DNA of 64,000 nucleotides from Haliotis rubra. Taxonomy: Eukaryota. Position 1 is the first letter of the stretch; each line of letters opens with the position of its first letter. Under the pieces are notes generated by a model that was not told where the DNA came from, did no database searches, and was given only the letters and a program-made list of their open reading frames with translations. Below are positions 11,060 to 24,800 of the stretch, in pieces. The position numbers and the translations under genes were made by a program. The stretch is from contig NW_025767401.1 of assembly GCF_003918875.1 (NCBI RefSeq), forward strand, positions 992,001 through 1,056,000, written 5' to 3'.

Positions 11060-14000
11060 ATGCTCAGGTTTCGTTTTTCCAAGCACATGTTATTTACATC
11101 GGTTTTAAGTTTAGTCCTATGGAATTCGGGTTCATCGTTTGAGATGTACACTTTTGACGACACTCCTGGTCTGGGCCGTGTATTTGATGGGATAGGAGCC
11201 ATAAGCGGAGGTGGGGTAAGGCGCTCTTCCTGATGAGTTCATCATGTAGTAAACATATCATACCCGTTAAATTATTCTACACATATTTCTCACGCTCGAT
11301 ATGATCGATGTTTACGATATATGTATTCGCGCCCTCAACAATACGACTGTGTCGAGTATAAGTATTACAGCGTCAGTGTGTATGGCGGAATATCAGCCTT
11401 CAATCTCAGCCTTCGATCACAGCCTTAAAGTTTCAATTTCAACGTTCTTGTAACCCTGTACCTCCACCTCTGCCAAACCCTCTTCTTGCAGGCAACGTCA
11501 AAACTCCTGGTTGGATACCCTGAACGGCAAAGAAGTGAGATTCTGGATTACTTGTTCAAGGTAAACCACCCGGAATAATCCTTACATTGTTCTGAACCAT
11601 AATCCACGAACCGCATTGATGATAAAGCTTCTGTAAATCATATGCATATCTACGAATGATGACATGGTATCTTCATATTTGAGCATATTTAACAAGAATC
11701 TGTCTCCATTCACCTCTTTCAGCCAAACTTTGGAGCTTCGTTTCATATTCTTAAAGTCGAGATTGGGAGTGACACCCAAAGTACAGGTAGGATATATTAC
11801 AGATCCAATAGATATACTTTATATATTGGATGTTTCGAGTGATTATTTGTCCAGTACATGTACATGACGTTTTCTGTATATAACAGTGTAATATGAGTAT
11901 CAAAGGAGCCGTGTTTCCATGTAAGACTTTGAAAAAACCATAGTCCATTTATCCGATAAGGACAGTATATGTCATGTGTTTGTTGAAGATGTTTTACAGA
12001 TCCAATAGATGTACTGTGTGTTGTTTGTAACGCCGCACTCGGCAATATTCCAGCTATATGGCGGCAGCCTGTAATTAATCGAGCCTGGACCAGACAATCC
12101 AGTGATCAACAGCATGTGCATCGATCTACACAATAAGGATACGATGACATGTGTCAACCAAGTCAGCGAGCCCGACCACCCGATCCCGTTAGTCGCTTCT
12201 TACGACAAGCATGGGTTTCTGAAGGTCAATTTTAACCCGGATCTTCTCGAGTCGTACATACTTGATTATTTGTCCAGTAAGCTTACATATACATGACTTT
12301 TTTCTGTATTTTACAGTGCAAAAGTATCAAAGTAGACTTGCTCCATATTAGATTCCGAAGAAACGATAGCTCATTTAACCGACAAGGACGGTATATGACA
12401 CATGTTTGTTGGATATGTTTTGTATGCGAGTAAATACATTACAACAGCCTAAACTCACGCTACATGTATATATGTCATCGAGATGGAACCGAGTCCACGC
12501 ACATGAGAACACCGGACGAGGAGAACTATGACCGGGGTTATGAATGGTGGCTCATGCTGGAGGCGAAGAAGGTACAACTCCGGATGTAACGAAGTCGGAT
12601 ATAGTGAAGTTGATGTCATGTCTGATGGGAAATGAGAATATACTACATGATCGAAGTAACTGACGAACTGATTGTATCATGGAGTCCGCAATAGCTGGAG
12701 TTGAACAATATATGCAACACTGATCAAAACTATAATGATTATCTTTAACATAACATTATACGAATACATAATAATCATTGACTTGATAATCGGTATATTT
12801 AGTGAAAGCAGGCTATATAATTCATTACACCTATTTATAATATATAGAATCATTAAAGAACTTACACTGTAGTTTTGAAATTCATATTAACCTGAACCCT
12901 TCACAGTTTCTCCAGCACGTTCAGTGTAAATGAACTGATTAGGCTATTTTCGGATATGTTACGGTGTTTCTTGCTGTGTGTTCAATACAAGCTCCCATAA
13001 CAAACACTTTTAATTCCTCTAACTTCTACAGCGTAATCCAGACATAAAGATATATGGTCTCCCGTGGGGATTTCCTGGCTGGGTTGGAGGAAGCACCGGG
13101 AATATCTATGATGACCCTGATCGGACGTCTATGTACGTCGCCAAGTGGATAATGGGGGCTAAAGTTCACCACAATATAACAGTGGATTACGTTGGGGTAT
13201 GTATATATAACAGTACTCAGCTAGTAATGATATTATATTAATAACTGATAGATAATGATAGTTGAGCAATCACCCATGTGTAATATGAAGAAGGCGCACC
13301 CTTAAATTAAGTGTTGGTCTTCTATATCTATTCTACTGATGCCACTCTGTGGCAACATCTCCACCTTGATAAAGACATATAAATGCCATTCTTGGTAAAA
13401 CGAAAGGTTACATTGATGTATCTGTTCCGTCTCTTTGTTAGATCTGGAATGAGAGGATGTACAACACAACATATATTAAGGTATGTATTCCTTCTTTCAA
13501 GATATCATCTTCTATATGTGATAAAACAAATATGTTTTCAGTGGTTAGATTGTTCACAGATAAATGTAAATGATATTTTTGTGTTTTTCAGACGTTGAGG
13601 AAGAACCTTGATGCAAATGGTTTACAGAACACAATGATCATCGCTGCGGATTATGCCAGTGCTTTCTCCTGGGTGACATTAACAGCGGACATACTTGCAG
13701 ACCCACAGTTGGCAGCGGCAATTTATGGAATAGGGTAGATAGTAGTAGACATGTACAACCATTCCGCCGGGGTGCGATGACACACTGAGACAGCCGGCCA
13801 CGTCGTGATTATTGATATATATTTGTTTGTTGTAAACTTTATATGAGACTATTCAGACTCGCATTCATAACAAGAATCCGTCTCAAGGATCACTTATAAC
13901 TGTAAAGAAAGTGCTGACGCAAAGTGGCCGCAACATTTTAAGGAGGATGGGAAAGTTAATCAAAGACTATTTTGAAATATGTTGGTATATAGTTACCAAC

Positions 14001-17000
14001 TATTATTTTCGACACTGAAACCATGTAGTACAATCTTTGATATGGAAACAATAACCGTAAAGAAAGTGGCCCTGATATTTTAAGGAGGATTGACAAGTTG
14101 ATCAAAGAATATTTTGACATATACTGGTATATAGTTCCAAACATTAAACGATATGAACTATTATTTTCGACATTGCAACCATGTAGTACAAATTTGGATA
14201 TCAATATGTGTAATGATTGTATTGTTCATGCAACATCTGTTTACAGGGTGCACCACGCAGAGACCTTTTCCTCCAAATCTGCCATCGCCACGGGGAAGCC
14301 ACTGTGGGCGTCAGAGGACTACAGTACCCCCAACAACCAGACGGGAGCAGGGTGCTGGGCCAGGGTGGGTCCTTCTCATCAGTGATAATAATAATATCTC
14401 CCCACCCCATCCCACCCACACACACACATACCCCACACAAAATAAATAAATATAGAGAACATAAAAATAAAATGAAATAACGGTAACTTGAGGACACATG
14501 ATTTGATAATGAAATTGGAAGTAAATATTGATGGTGATCCTGTTACTATTAAACATGCCTGAGAGACGGCGGTACTTGTTGTTAAGCACTTATCGCATCA
14601 GTTATGCAGGACGAGTAATCACACAAATAATAGTACACATGAACATTCTCACACGTACATCTCTTCAGACATGTGGTCGAAAGAGTGACATTGTGGTTGG
14701 CTATCCGTTATGCTGTGATGTAGCCTGAATATCGACAGCAGTCTATTATTATATACATCTTCTTTCTGTTGTAGACACTGAATCAAGGCTATGTTAACGG
14801 AAACTTGACAGGGTAGGAACCTTCATGTCAGATATACATTTGGGGAAATGAAACAGTTTGACGGTTACCTGTGGCTAAATAATGCAACATAAACTATAAT
14901 TTCATTAACAACACAAAGAAGTTGAATTTACTAACACTACCATTGGAATGTCAATCCTATCCATGAACTTCTAACAGCATGCAATTCTCTTTTGTGGCAG
15001 CACCATTGCCTGGGCGATGATAACAAGTTGGTATTTTGACCTTCCCTACTTTGGTCACGGTCTGATGAACGCCTTTGAACCTTGGAGTGGTCATTATGAA
15101 GTGTCTAGTCCTATCTGGGCCACAGGTACGTAGCGTATGTATTTGTTTGCTACTGGATGACTGCCAAAAGAAACGTTACCCTCCTACCTTTATGAATTGC
15201 TTAAAAAAACTATCAAAGATATGTTGGAAGGTATTAGTTTACAAGAAAGTTTAACAATACAACTTTATGCAAATCACGAAAAACAATTCTCAAATGCATT
15301 CATATTTAGGTGAAATGCATCTTTTTCAGAAGAGTTAAATTGTCCTATTTTCGTCCGTGCCGAAATAAACTAATAACAGTTATTTAGATGTCCAGAAGAA
15401 AGGTTGAAATAAAATTCTGCTTTTGGGACAAAGATAAACCATTTAAAGTCACCATTTGTCAACTATCAAAACAAGAAACAACTGTTGTAAAGTGTGTAAA
15501 ACTGTAAAATAATCATTCCTATGAGTTCAGTCTTTTAAACCATTTTCTGCTGATTTGCATTAGTGAACACAAATAAAACGTGTCTTTGATATTGTGAAAA
15601 TATGTTTAGGAATATCTACAATGATCTTTGTTAACATTTTTGCTTGCAAAGTAACTTTTCCATTTTCTGTTTACACATATATATATCAATCGCCAAAACG
15701 CAGCAATATTCAAGCAGTATTTGCATCCATTTCACATGCAGAATTATTCTATAGGGTATGAAGAGAGCCTACAAAAGATACAATCATAATCATGATATGC
15801 GACGATTAACAGCTGAAGAGAGAGAAAGAGCCATTGTAATGGTGCAGATGGGGTCGACGTACAATGCTATTGCCAATGCGGATGCCACCGTATCACGGTT
15901 ATAAGAGTTATTCAGGGCTCCAGACAGACTGGGGTCACCGTAGACAGACCAAGAACGCCACGCATCACGACGCCAGTTCAAGATAGGTACCTCCGTCATT
16001 AAGGAAGGAGGGTAACGTTTCTTTTGGCGTTCAGTGTATATTTCAGCTCATGCGACACAGGTTAAAAGTTAAATCAACATGATATTTAAGTTGTGTTCAT
16101 GTTGTTAGATACCCGTAACGATCCGGTTAGAATTGATCTTCAGCAACCCATGCTTGTAGTAAGAGGCGACTAAAGTGATCGGATGGCCAGGCTTGCTGTC
16201 TCGGTGGACACATCGTAGTAGATCGATGCTCATGGTGTTGATCACTGGATTGTCTGATCCAGACTCGGGTATTTACATACATCCGCTACATATCTGGAAT
16301 ATTGCTGAGTGCGGCGTTAAACAACCAACCAACCAGTCATGTTGTTAGATGAGTCAACTGCATCACAATTCATCGGCATAATTCTCTCTGTTCAGTCAAA
16401 TGACATGTTTTAGCCCACACAACACAGTTTACCAGAGCTGGATGGAGATATCTGAAGCACGGTTCTGGTGCTGGGAAACTGTCTCAGGGAGGAAGCTATG
16501 TGGCACTGGTCAGCCCGGATGGCAAAGATTTCACGATCATTATTGAGACAATGGTAAACACGTCTATTTTGCACATGTACATGTCTTTCTTCATAACCTG
16601 ACCTAACATTTTGTTTGGGAGAAAATTTAAGTTTAATTGAACAAGGACGTCCATACAATTGTCAGTTTCATGGCACAGAGGTTTACCAATATTTCGCTTC
16701 ACATGTTATGCCTTGTTTAGACTAACACAAATTTAACCCGATAATAAAATTTCACAGAAAAAACAATGAAAAAGTCCTACTAGAAAAGTCAAATTTTACG
16801 GTTAATCTAAACCTTCATTGTTCATTGTCGAAAAGTATGAGCAAATCAGCAACCCAAACTGATTAGTTTTCACATTTCTTCCGTTTTGGTCAAACATTTT
16901 CTCATTTTCAAACATTAGAAAAACAGGTTCTTAAAATCATCAGTTTTGCATATTACATTGATAATGCCTTGCGTATAGAAATTTTTGTCTTAAAACTTGC

Positions 17001-20000
17001 TCATTTCTGAAATTATGGCGATTCCCTGAGCAAAGGAATCATTACATTGATAACGTTGCGAATTTCATATCTCCGTAAGTATTTCGTGGTCCTGTGTGGA
17101 AAATCAATTGTATGGGGCTATAACCTTCTGTCCTCAAATTGCATTGCTCTGAGACCAGTGTTACACGAAAACGGTAAAAACACCAACTTTGAATGATAAT
17201 CACAGTAGTGTTCTATTTCAGACTTACAATGGATCAATGTGCTTCCACCCGGATCTTATCAAATGGTTTAGCGTTTCGCCTCAGAACATCACTCTCGTCT
17301 TTGATGGAAGTTTGGTGAGATCTATAACTAAACACAATATAGACAAACGCCGCAATACACTGCAACACAACGATTATTGCACCATGCACATACAAGTATA
17401 CATATAAGCATTGAATCGCCATATTTATAGCATGGTTAGGTTTTAAAGAACTCATGTTGGGTTATTTTTCAGGCTGGCATAACATACTTCAACTCGTTCT
17501 TCACACAGCTGCATGCTCCCGGTGAACCAACCATCTTTAAACAGCTGCCTCCCATAATGGTATGTCTCTGACTTTAGTCATCTTCAAATTGAATGTAATC
17601 TGATATGGACAATGTTTGGCCACATTCTTTGGTCATGTCTCATTTCGTAGTTCACGTGCCGAAACTGGTGGATCATGTGAACTGTCAGTGTTCCCCGAAG
17701 GTGTATACTTTGTGATCAAGGAGTATCTACATGTTTCAGGTGTCCCGAAGGTGTATACTTTGTGATCAAGGAGTATCTACATGTTTCAAGTGTCCCGAAG
17801 ATGTATACTTTGTGATCAAGGAGTATCTACATGTTTCAGGTGTCCCTTACGCAGTTTTACTATTCTTGACTAAAATGCACTTACCCACTCAGCCTATACA
17901 AATTAAGTTGCAAAAGAGTTCTCGCCTAAACAAACACAGCACCTGCATAAACACAATGTATGTACAGGTATGACTGTGAAGGGGTTCTTCTTGAAGGTTG
18001 AGAACAACCGTTTGGATGTGTACCTCGGCGTGAACCAGATTCTTACACTGACAACTCTCGGCCACGGCAGGAAGGGACAATACCCAACACCTCCTCCATC
18101 TAAACCCTTCCCACTGCCGTACACACAGGACTTCGAAAGTAAGGGGGCGGTAGGGTTGCCTAGTGGTTAAAGCGTTCGCTCGTCACGCCAGAGTCTCGGG
18201 CTCGATTCCCCACATGGGCACAATGTGTGAAGCCAATTTCTGGTGTCCCCCGCTGTGATATTGCTGGAATATTGCTACAAGCGGCATAAAACCAAACTCA
18301 CTCACTCACTCGAAAGTAAGATAAGATAGATTGTAGACTTTTCTCAAATATTTATAACTAGAAACCGCATGCTTACCATTCTGTCTGATCCCTGAATCGA
18401 TATTTCTGATGACCCAAGGTCAGACCATACTGATCCACTGTTTTTGTTTGTCCTTACAACAGCAAATCGTGATAACCGGACTGCAAGAATTGTGTAAATA
18501 CTTGGATCATGTCAGCTAAGAAAATCTTTATAGCGTTGTCAGAGCTTTACAATCGGCCCTTAGTCGCCATACTCAGGTCAGAGACATGCAAAAGCTTGGC
18601 TGTGAAAACTATGTTGAAGTGGAGTTATTTCATTGAGCATATTTGAGCTATTGCTGCATACGAAGGGAAAAAATACTAATGTTTGTTGATTTTATGTACA
18701 CAGTTTAAATATACAGTATTAATGAATGGCGATAAATGTTTGCACAGCTAACGTATATGTCAATCCCATATTGTGTACATTGAACTTGAATTACATGTGA
18801 ACCTTTCAATATAATGCTTGTTGTTTTCGTGTTGTCAGGTTACAGAGTAAACGAGGAGCCATATCTGTTTGCACAGGAGATCGGATCATTTGAAGTTCAC
18901 CAAGCAGGGGGGAAGCCATGGCCAGGTGATGCGCCAGATGACCCTGAGGATGACCATTCCCTTTTGTAACCAGACTGCAGCTGGGATAGCTATAATCGGA
19001 AATACGAACTGGTAATACACGTAGAAAACCTGGCAGTGTCTACATCTCATGGATACGTGAGCCAAACATATGGGTGATAAGCGTCTTGAACCCTGTGAAC
19101 CCAGTTTTATTCTGCTAACTGCAGTCGAATCTCTCTTTGTTGGAAAAAATCGTTTGTATTCTCACATTAGCTAGATATATAAATAACTGATTCAACCTGC
19201 ACCTTGCTGTGTGTACACGTGTTCCAGGACGCACATTTACGTGGACGCTGATGTGTATGATGATGGTACGGATGCGTCCAAAGGAGTCTTCATTGCTGCC
19301 AGGGTCTCAAAGAGGGGGATGCAAGACCAACTCATCGCAGGGCGTGTTTTTCTTTTTCTACCCTCAAGATAACACCTATCAACTCGCCCCTACTTTGGGT
19401 GAGTCCCCCCCCCCCTCCATGTGAAGGGTGAAGGTCATCATTTTCAGATACTGATCTTGAAAGATGAATGTTAGACAATGGTGTTCTTTAGAAAGATCGT
19501 GTATCATTTGCAAAGGCCAATCATTTCATATATATGTCATGCGTGCACGTTTTCCTTTCAATTTATATGGTTTATTAACTTCAAATAACAGGTGTCGTAT
19601 CTCCTCATCGATAAATACACGACAAAGTCTTTGATTCGTAAACCTGGGGGCTCTATGTGACGACTGTTACACCTGATTGACATGCCGTGGTATACCTGAA
19701 ACGTTCACCTAATATGATGCTTTGACCTTCACTTCAGATCGAAAGAGGATTTTACAAGGCGGTGATGTAGATAGTGTCATGAAAGGATGGAACAACATGT
19801 CCTTGAATGTTGAGGTAAGTTTTAGTTTGCACTGCGTCCTCACTGTAGTTAAAGAACCTTGAGCAGCTTCTCACATGGCCAGGTAAATGTGACAACCTCT
19901 CTCAGTATGCCTCGTATTAATGAGGACATCGAAATTACAAATACGTGTATGCTTTTAATTTACTCTGATACATGGTGTAACTTGCTTACCCGTTTCTCGG

Positions 20001-20715
20001 TGTCATCATTACAACGTTACACTGTTTCACGAACCCCAGGTGTCACATATATAACGTTACAGTGATGTACAAATACCAGTAGAAAAAGCTATTACTTTTA
20101 AATTAAATGGAGGCACTTCAACATGGAGGTTCTATCCGATTCTGAACTGCATCGAATTTTGTTTGACTCTCACCACGGAACGTACTACAATTTTCTTGTC
20201 GGTTTTCATTTTATAGATTTTACACGTCATGAAACAGTAAAGGCAGAATAACAAAGTACCCTCGATATTCTCGTATCTTTGTCATAAACTGGTAAAATGG
20301 AGATTAGGTTCGAATGGTTGGCATATCCATATAAAAGAATGAGTTAAAAAATCCTCGAAATTCTGCTATTGCCCAAAGACATTTCAATTTTCAAAACAGG
20401 TTTTACGGTTGAATCATGGCTCAGTGTTAAATCTAATCATGGCCACATTGAATTATGATAGGAATGTAGTCACTCGTTAACAACGACACCTGTGGGAAGT
20501 CCCATGTTATCTGTGGAATGTTACCTAGGTTGTTCCAGTGGTGTTCCACATTTTGCAGGGAACAACAGCGGTGGGCAAGGTCAACAATAAAACAGTGTTC
20601 ACCTACTCTGACCTCCCGGCTGAAGCCGGACCAAGGCTTTGTGGCTGTAGGAACTGGATCACTGGGATACGCGGATTTCGACAATGTGAAAATAACACGT
20701 CCTTCTGGAACATGA
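11060..20715 (+). CDS. GALC: Galactocerebrosidase-like GH59 paralogue 1 (18 exons, about 680 aa if three +1 frameshifts are corrected; otherwise a pseudogene or truncated allele)
   Basis: Exons: 11060-11215, 11492-11560, 11723-11786, 12483-12571, 13032-13196, 13442-13480, 13592-13734, 14247-14364, 14775-14812, 15001-15125, 16414-16553, 17222-17314, 17473-17559, 17997-18138, 18839-19011, 19228-19398, 19738-19814, 20559-20715. All are GT-AG. Signal-peptide-like N terminus. Motifs [57 protein letters not shown]. One extra base near each of 18910, 19310 and 20618. Confidence 0.92.
12025..12247 (-). mobile_element. SINE family B (V-domain-like core)
   Basis: Reverse complement of the element at 16112, 25700 and 38536. 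Core cccatgcttgtcgtaagaagcgactaacgggatc, tail atatagctggaatattgccgagtgcggcgtt. Confidence 0.8.
15153..16036 (+). mobile_element. Internally deleted Tc1-like element in GALC-1 intron 10
   Basis: TIRs (c)tg..gccaaaagaaacgttaccctcc and ggagggtaacgtttcttttggcgttcagtg-TA. From about 15797 the peptide [19 protein letters not shown]...TG...[18 protein letters not shown] (frameshifted) is a Tc1 transposase N terminus. Confidence 0.8.
16111..16336 (+). mobile_element. SINE family B with 14-bp TSD
   Basis: TSD tcatgttgttagat at 16097-16110 and 16337-16350. Same core as the other family B copies, with an (AACC)n tail. Confidence 0.85.
17692..17846. repeat. About 50-bp tandem repeat, 3 copies
   Basis: tcccgaaggtgtatactttgtgatcaaggagtatctacatgtttcaggtg x3. 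Confidence 0.9.
18144..18309 (+). mobile_element. tRNA-derived SINE family A with 11-bp TSD
   Basis: A box (ttgcctagtgg), B box (gggctcgattccc), (ACTC)n tail. TSD tcgaaagtaag at 18133-43 and 18310-20. Further full or partial copies near 8600(-), 31600, 44925(-), 50470(-), 59734 and 62875(-). Confidence 0.9.
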
Positions 20716-21825
20716 GTTCCTTGAGCTGTCCAGAGTAGCGCTTCTTTGACGTCATTAAATGTACAAGTCTGAATCAAACATTTCAAATATTTTATTCTGC
20801 GGACAATAGATAAAGATAAAGCATGCTATGGTAGATAATGGTGGCTGTCCACGTTAGTGACCTACGTTTCGTGAGGAAGACTGAATGTTTACGATGCTAT
20901 CAGTCGCTATATCGGTGAACTGCTGTGTGTGTTTGTTCAGTCAAAAGGCACGAAATATATTTCAGTTGTGAAACACTTTTATGTCGAGTTTTACTGCTTT
21001 GAACTTCCGGTTATCTCGAAGTAAAAGCGTTTATGTGTCAGAAATTGTGTATTTGAAATGATAACTCTCGATGGGACTTCCAAATAATAACTGATCATAT
21101 TTTAGAAATCATAAACATGTTTACTGACACTATAACCATCACATTACACATTACTCCCAGTGTGTGTGTGTGTGTCTGTCTGTCTGTATGCACACGTGTG
21201 TGTCTGTCTGTCGTTCAGTCCGTCTAGCTGCCTGTCAGCACAATGGTATTTGAACTTGTTATCAGTGTTATCAGTGTTCGTGTAACAGTTCTCGAGCAGA
21301 TATGGACGATCTGAGTCAGCATAAACTTAAACCGTCCTGGTTGTAAACAGTAACCATAGAGACAGATGTTACACAACACAACGTGTGACTTGAATCACCT
21401 GAATACCGTCACTTATCGACAATGTTATGAAGGTACGAGTGCCATATACGTGTGATGAACGAGCGTGAAATAATGATTACTGCCGTGACTCAAGGGATTC
21501 TGAACCCTTCACATACATAAACATAGATAACACAGTATCTCTTTATTTCACTGCAAATGTGCTATATCATGCTTATAGGATAGCTTGACCTTACTCAGAT
21601 TGACGACGTTGTGAATCAACTCAACAAAATCGTGGTCGAGATGCTCAGTTTTATACAGAACTGTAGTTGGCATGTATTCCTCATGAAAGAATCGGAAATC
21701 TATGTTCAATAAAAGGGTAACCAATTTCTTGTACCTTCGCGTGTATAAAAGCAGAAGATGCAAAACGTGTTCTACTTATATTAAATACGAACAATATTAA
21801 ATGAATAATAATGAAAATCAATATA

Positions 21826-24800
21826 TTATTTTGGAGGCTTGAAATACAGTGTATTATCCTTCTGGCGTTGATGTGGGACTGGTTCTGCCTTAATCATCAG
21901 GTTGTCGTAGTCCACAATTCCCCAGGAGTCGGTGCCAATGGCCACAAATCCCATACTGGGTGGAATAGATTCTTTCAACAGTGTCTGATTGTTGTATTTC
22001 GCAGTTGCGTATCCTGCCTGGAATATAAAACCAATGCTCAGTCTCGACTCGTCTACAGTTTCAGCTGGCATTTCAGTAATGAATATTATACAGTGCAAAA
22101 CATGCAAATCTATTACTGTGGAACATTTCTGATACCACACGCAGTTGTCTACAGACAAAAGGACATGATTTGATTTTATTATAAGAAGTTTAGGAACTGT
22201 CGGATTCCGGGAATCCGGGAACTTTGCCCACAGGGAGTTTGCCCACAAGGAACTTTGCCCACGGGAAACATTTGATAAAGCCGTATCCAGGAAACATTTT
22301 TGGGGGGAAGAGTTCCTAGTGGGCAGAGTTCCTGGGTAAAGTTTCGTACAACCCTTACCTGTACAGTCAGCATTACGGTGTTCCAGTCGCTGCTGCTAGA
22401 CGGCAGCACACCTGCCATTATGATGTGGTTGTGTTCTGAAGTAATGGAGATCATATCATATCATATTATATATTGTTACCCCACACGACGAGAGAATACG
22501 TTTACCACGAGGCCATCCCTCTCAGTGCTGAGTGGGAAACCATAATGTTGGTTGATAGAGATGCCTCCAGGACATAGAATGTACAAACTCACCAAAGTCC
22601 GCGGACAGTAGGTAAGTACTTGTGTTAGGTAAGATGTACAGGAAGATGCCCTCTGCCTGGTCTGAGCTTCCGCCGCCTCTGTCGACCCTGGCAGCCACAA
22701 AGTAGCCGCTGGAGCCGTTCACGGCCCCGACTCTTGCGTCTATCTGGACAGTTACATCTGTCCTGGAAGATCAGAAGAACAATTGGTACTTGCCTCTATA
22801 TTATTATGTGGTACTTTCTAATTTTCATCCTCATCCATAATCTCGGTTGTAGTATACGTGTCTTTAACTATACCATAGTTAAACTCTATGTCTCCAGGAT
22901 ATCACAGGTACAGTCATTCGGACACATTTCGGACCCATGAATTATTGGTATTTTGTTACCTTTTTGCTTCTGCAAGACGTTGAAATATATCGAACACATT
23001 GCATGAGAACCTATTGTACAAGACGTAGCCATTGTGCATACACGAGAGTCTGTTTATATTGAACCTATTGTACAAGACGAAGCCAATGTTCATACACGAG
23101 AGTCTGTTTATATTGAACCTATTGTACAAGACGAAGCCATTGAGCATACACGAGAGTGTTTATATTGAACCTATTGTACAAGACGAAGCCATTGTTCATA
23201 CACGAGAGTCTGTTTATATTGAAACTATGTGCATCACGTAATCTCAAGTTTTAATGGCAAATTTAATTTATCCCGCCTTACATTGCGTTTGTCAATGACA
23301 TTAAAATATGTGATGATCACACAGTCTAACGCCTCTCTCCCTCCTTTCAAATTGAATAAACACTTCGTTGTCTTCCTATCCCTTGGGAAAGACGCTTTGA
23401 GGTACACGCAGGTTAGTGATGTACTCCAAGGCAATTGCCGAGTACACGCCCATACAGAGAGTACATCAATCAGTATTACCATCGTCAAAAGCCTGTCACT
23501 AAGAAGATTAAAACCTTACCAATTGTAGTTACCAATGATGCTGATAGACCTGTTGGTATTGCCCTCTGCCTCACACCAGTGTACCGGCTGTGTCAGAACC
23601 ATCTGCCTGACCACCTTGTTGTGTGGGGGACCCACGTCAATGATCTCATATGACCCGGTCTGCTGGGCCAGGTTGTAGGGCTCCGTGTGCTCAGAGTAAC
23701 CTGTAAAACATTATATTGGAGTAAATGACTAACTCCTGTTGCTGCACACATCAACCCTCCACAAATACGTGTACTCATATATGACAGGTCCCTGCAGTGT
23801 TACCTTCAAAGTCCTCATTGTAGGTGTTTGGGAAGGGTTGGGATGCAGGAGGGCGAGGGTACGACCCTTTCTTTCCACCCTTGACGGTCGTCAACGTATA
23901 AACCTCATCCACTGCCACGTCCAGCTGCACCATCCCATTCACTACCTAAACAACACAAGTGAAACCACTGAGAAAGACATTGCGTTGACAAGAAATTCTT
24001 CTCACATTACATTACAATAACATATAAAGCATATATATTCACAACTCTATTCTTACTTTCTTACGTTTAGTATGAAATAATAAAATCCATTAGTAATACG
24101 TCCACTTTGAAGTGAAAAATGGTCTCACGTGAGTGAGAAGACAGGTCATTTTGTCTAATTACTGGCTCAAAAGGCTTCGGACTGAAGAACAAACTTTGCA
24201 TTCTGCCATCAATCAAAGCAGTGTTCTGAATCTTAGGAAGTGCTAACTGCTTCAAAGACATCCATGATAGCTCAGATCGAAATTGAGTTTATAGTCACAC
24301 AAATATAGTTCGCACCTCTAGTGACTGCTGACTCTCGAACATCGTGCCTGTATCATTGATCGCGCCATTGAACAATCTACTGTACCACACCCTCAGAGAT
24401 GTTATGGAAAACTGTAAGAAATACATCGTACAATTTACTATCACCTTGTTGCTGACTGTCGGATGAGCAGTAATTCACTGTGGAATCGTCGAGGTAATGT
24501 AAAACACAAATATTTAGCATTGGAATATTTTTACATTTTGATAATTACTTTATACAATATATCTATCCTGTGCTTGTGTTCTTTGAATTAATGTTCGTCC
24601 ATATTTCAATCAATTTAATCGATAAATCCGTTTCTTTGAATCGCGAATGTAACAACCACTTACAAAGCTGCCCTTCAGTTGGAAGGTCACTCTCTGCTTC
24701 GTGACGTTGTACGGCTCCAGTGGAGGCCGGACACAGATGGAATGGTCGTGGCTCTAGGAGGACATAGAAGAACAAACGGTGAGTTATGGCTTTGTCATTG

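Noticed and set aside
18144-18215. tRNA gene
   Set aside because: A and B boxes are present, but the sequence continues into a SINE body and tail with a TSD and occurs in many diverged copies.
18900-20625. Programmed ribosomal frameshifting in GALC-1
   Set aside because: Three independent +1 shifts in separate exons, no evident recoding signals, and the paralogues are in frame.
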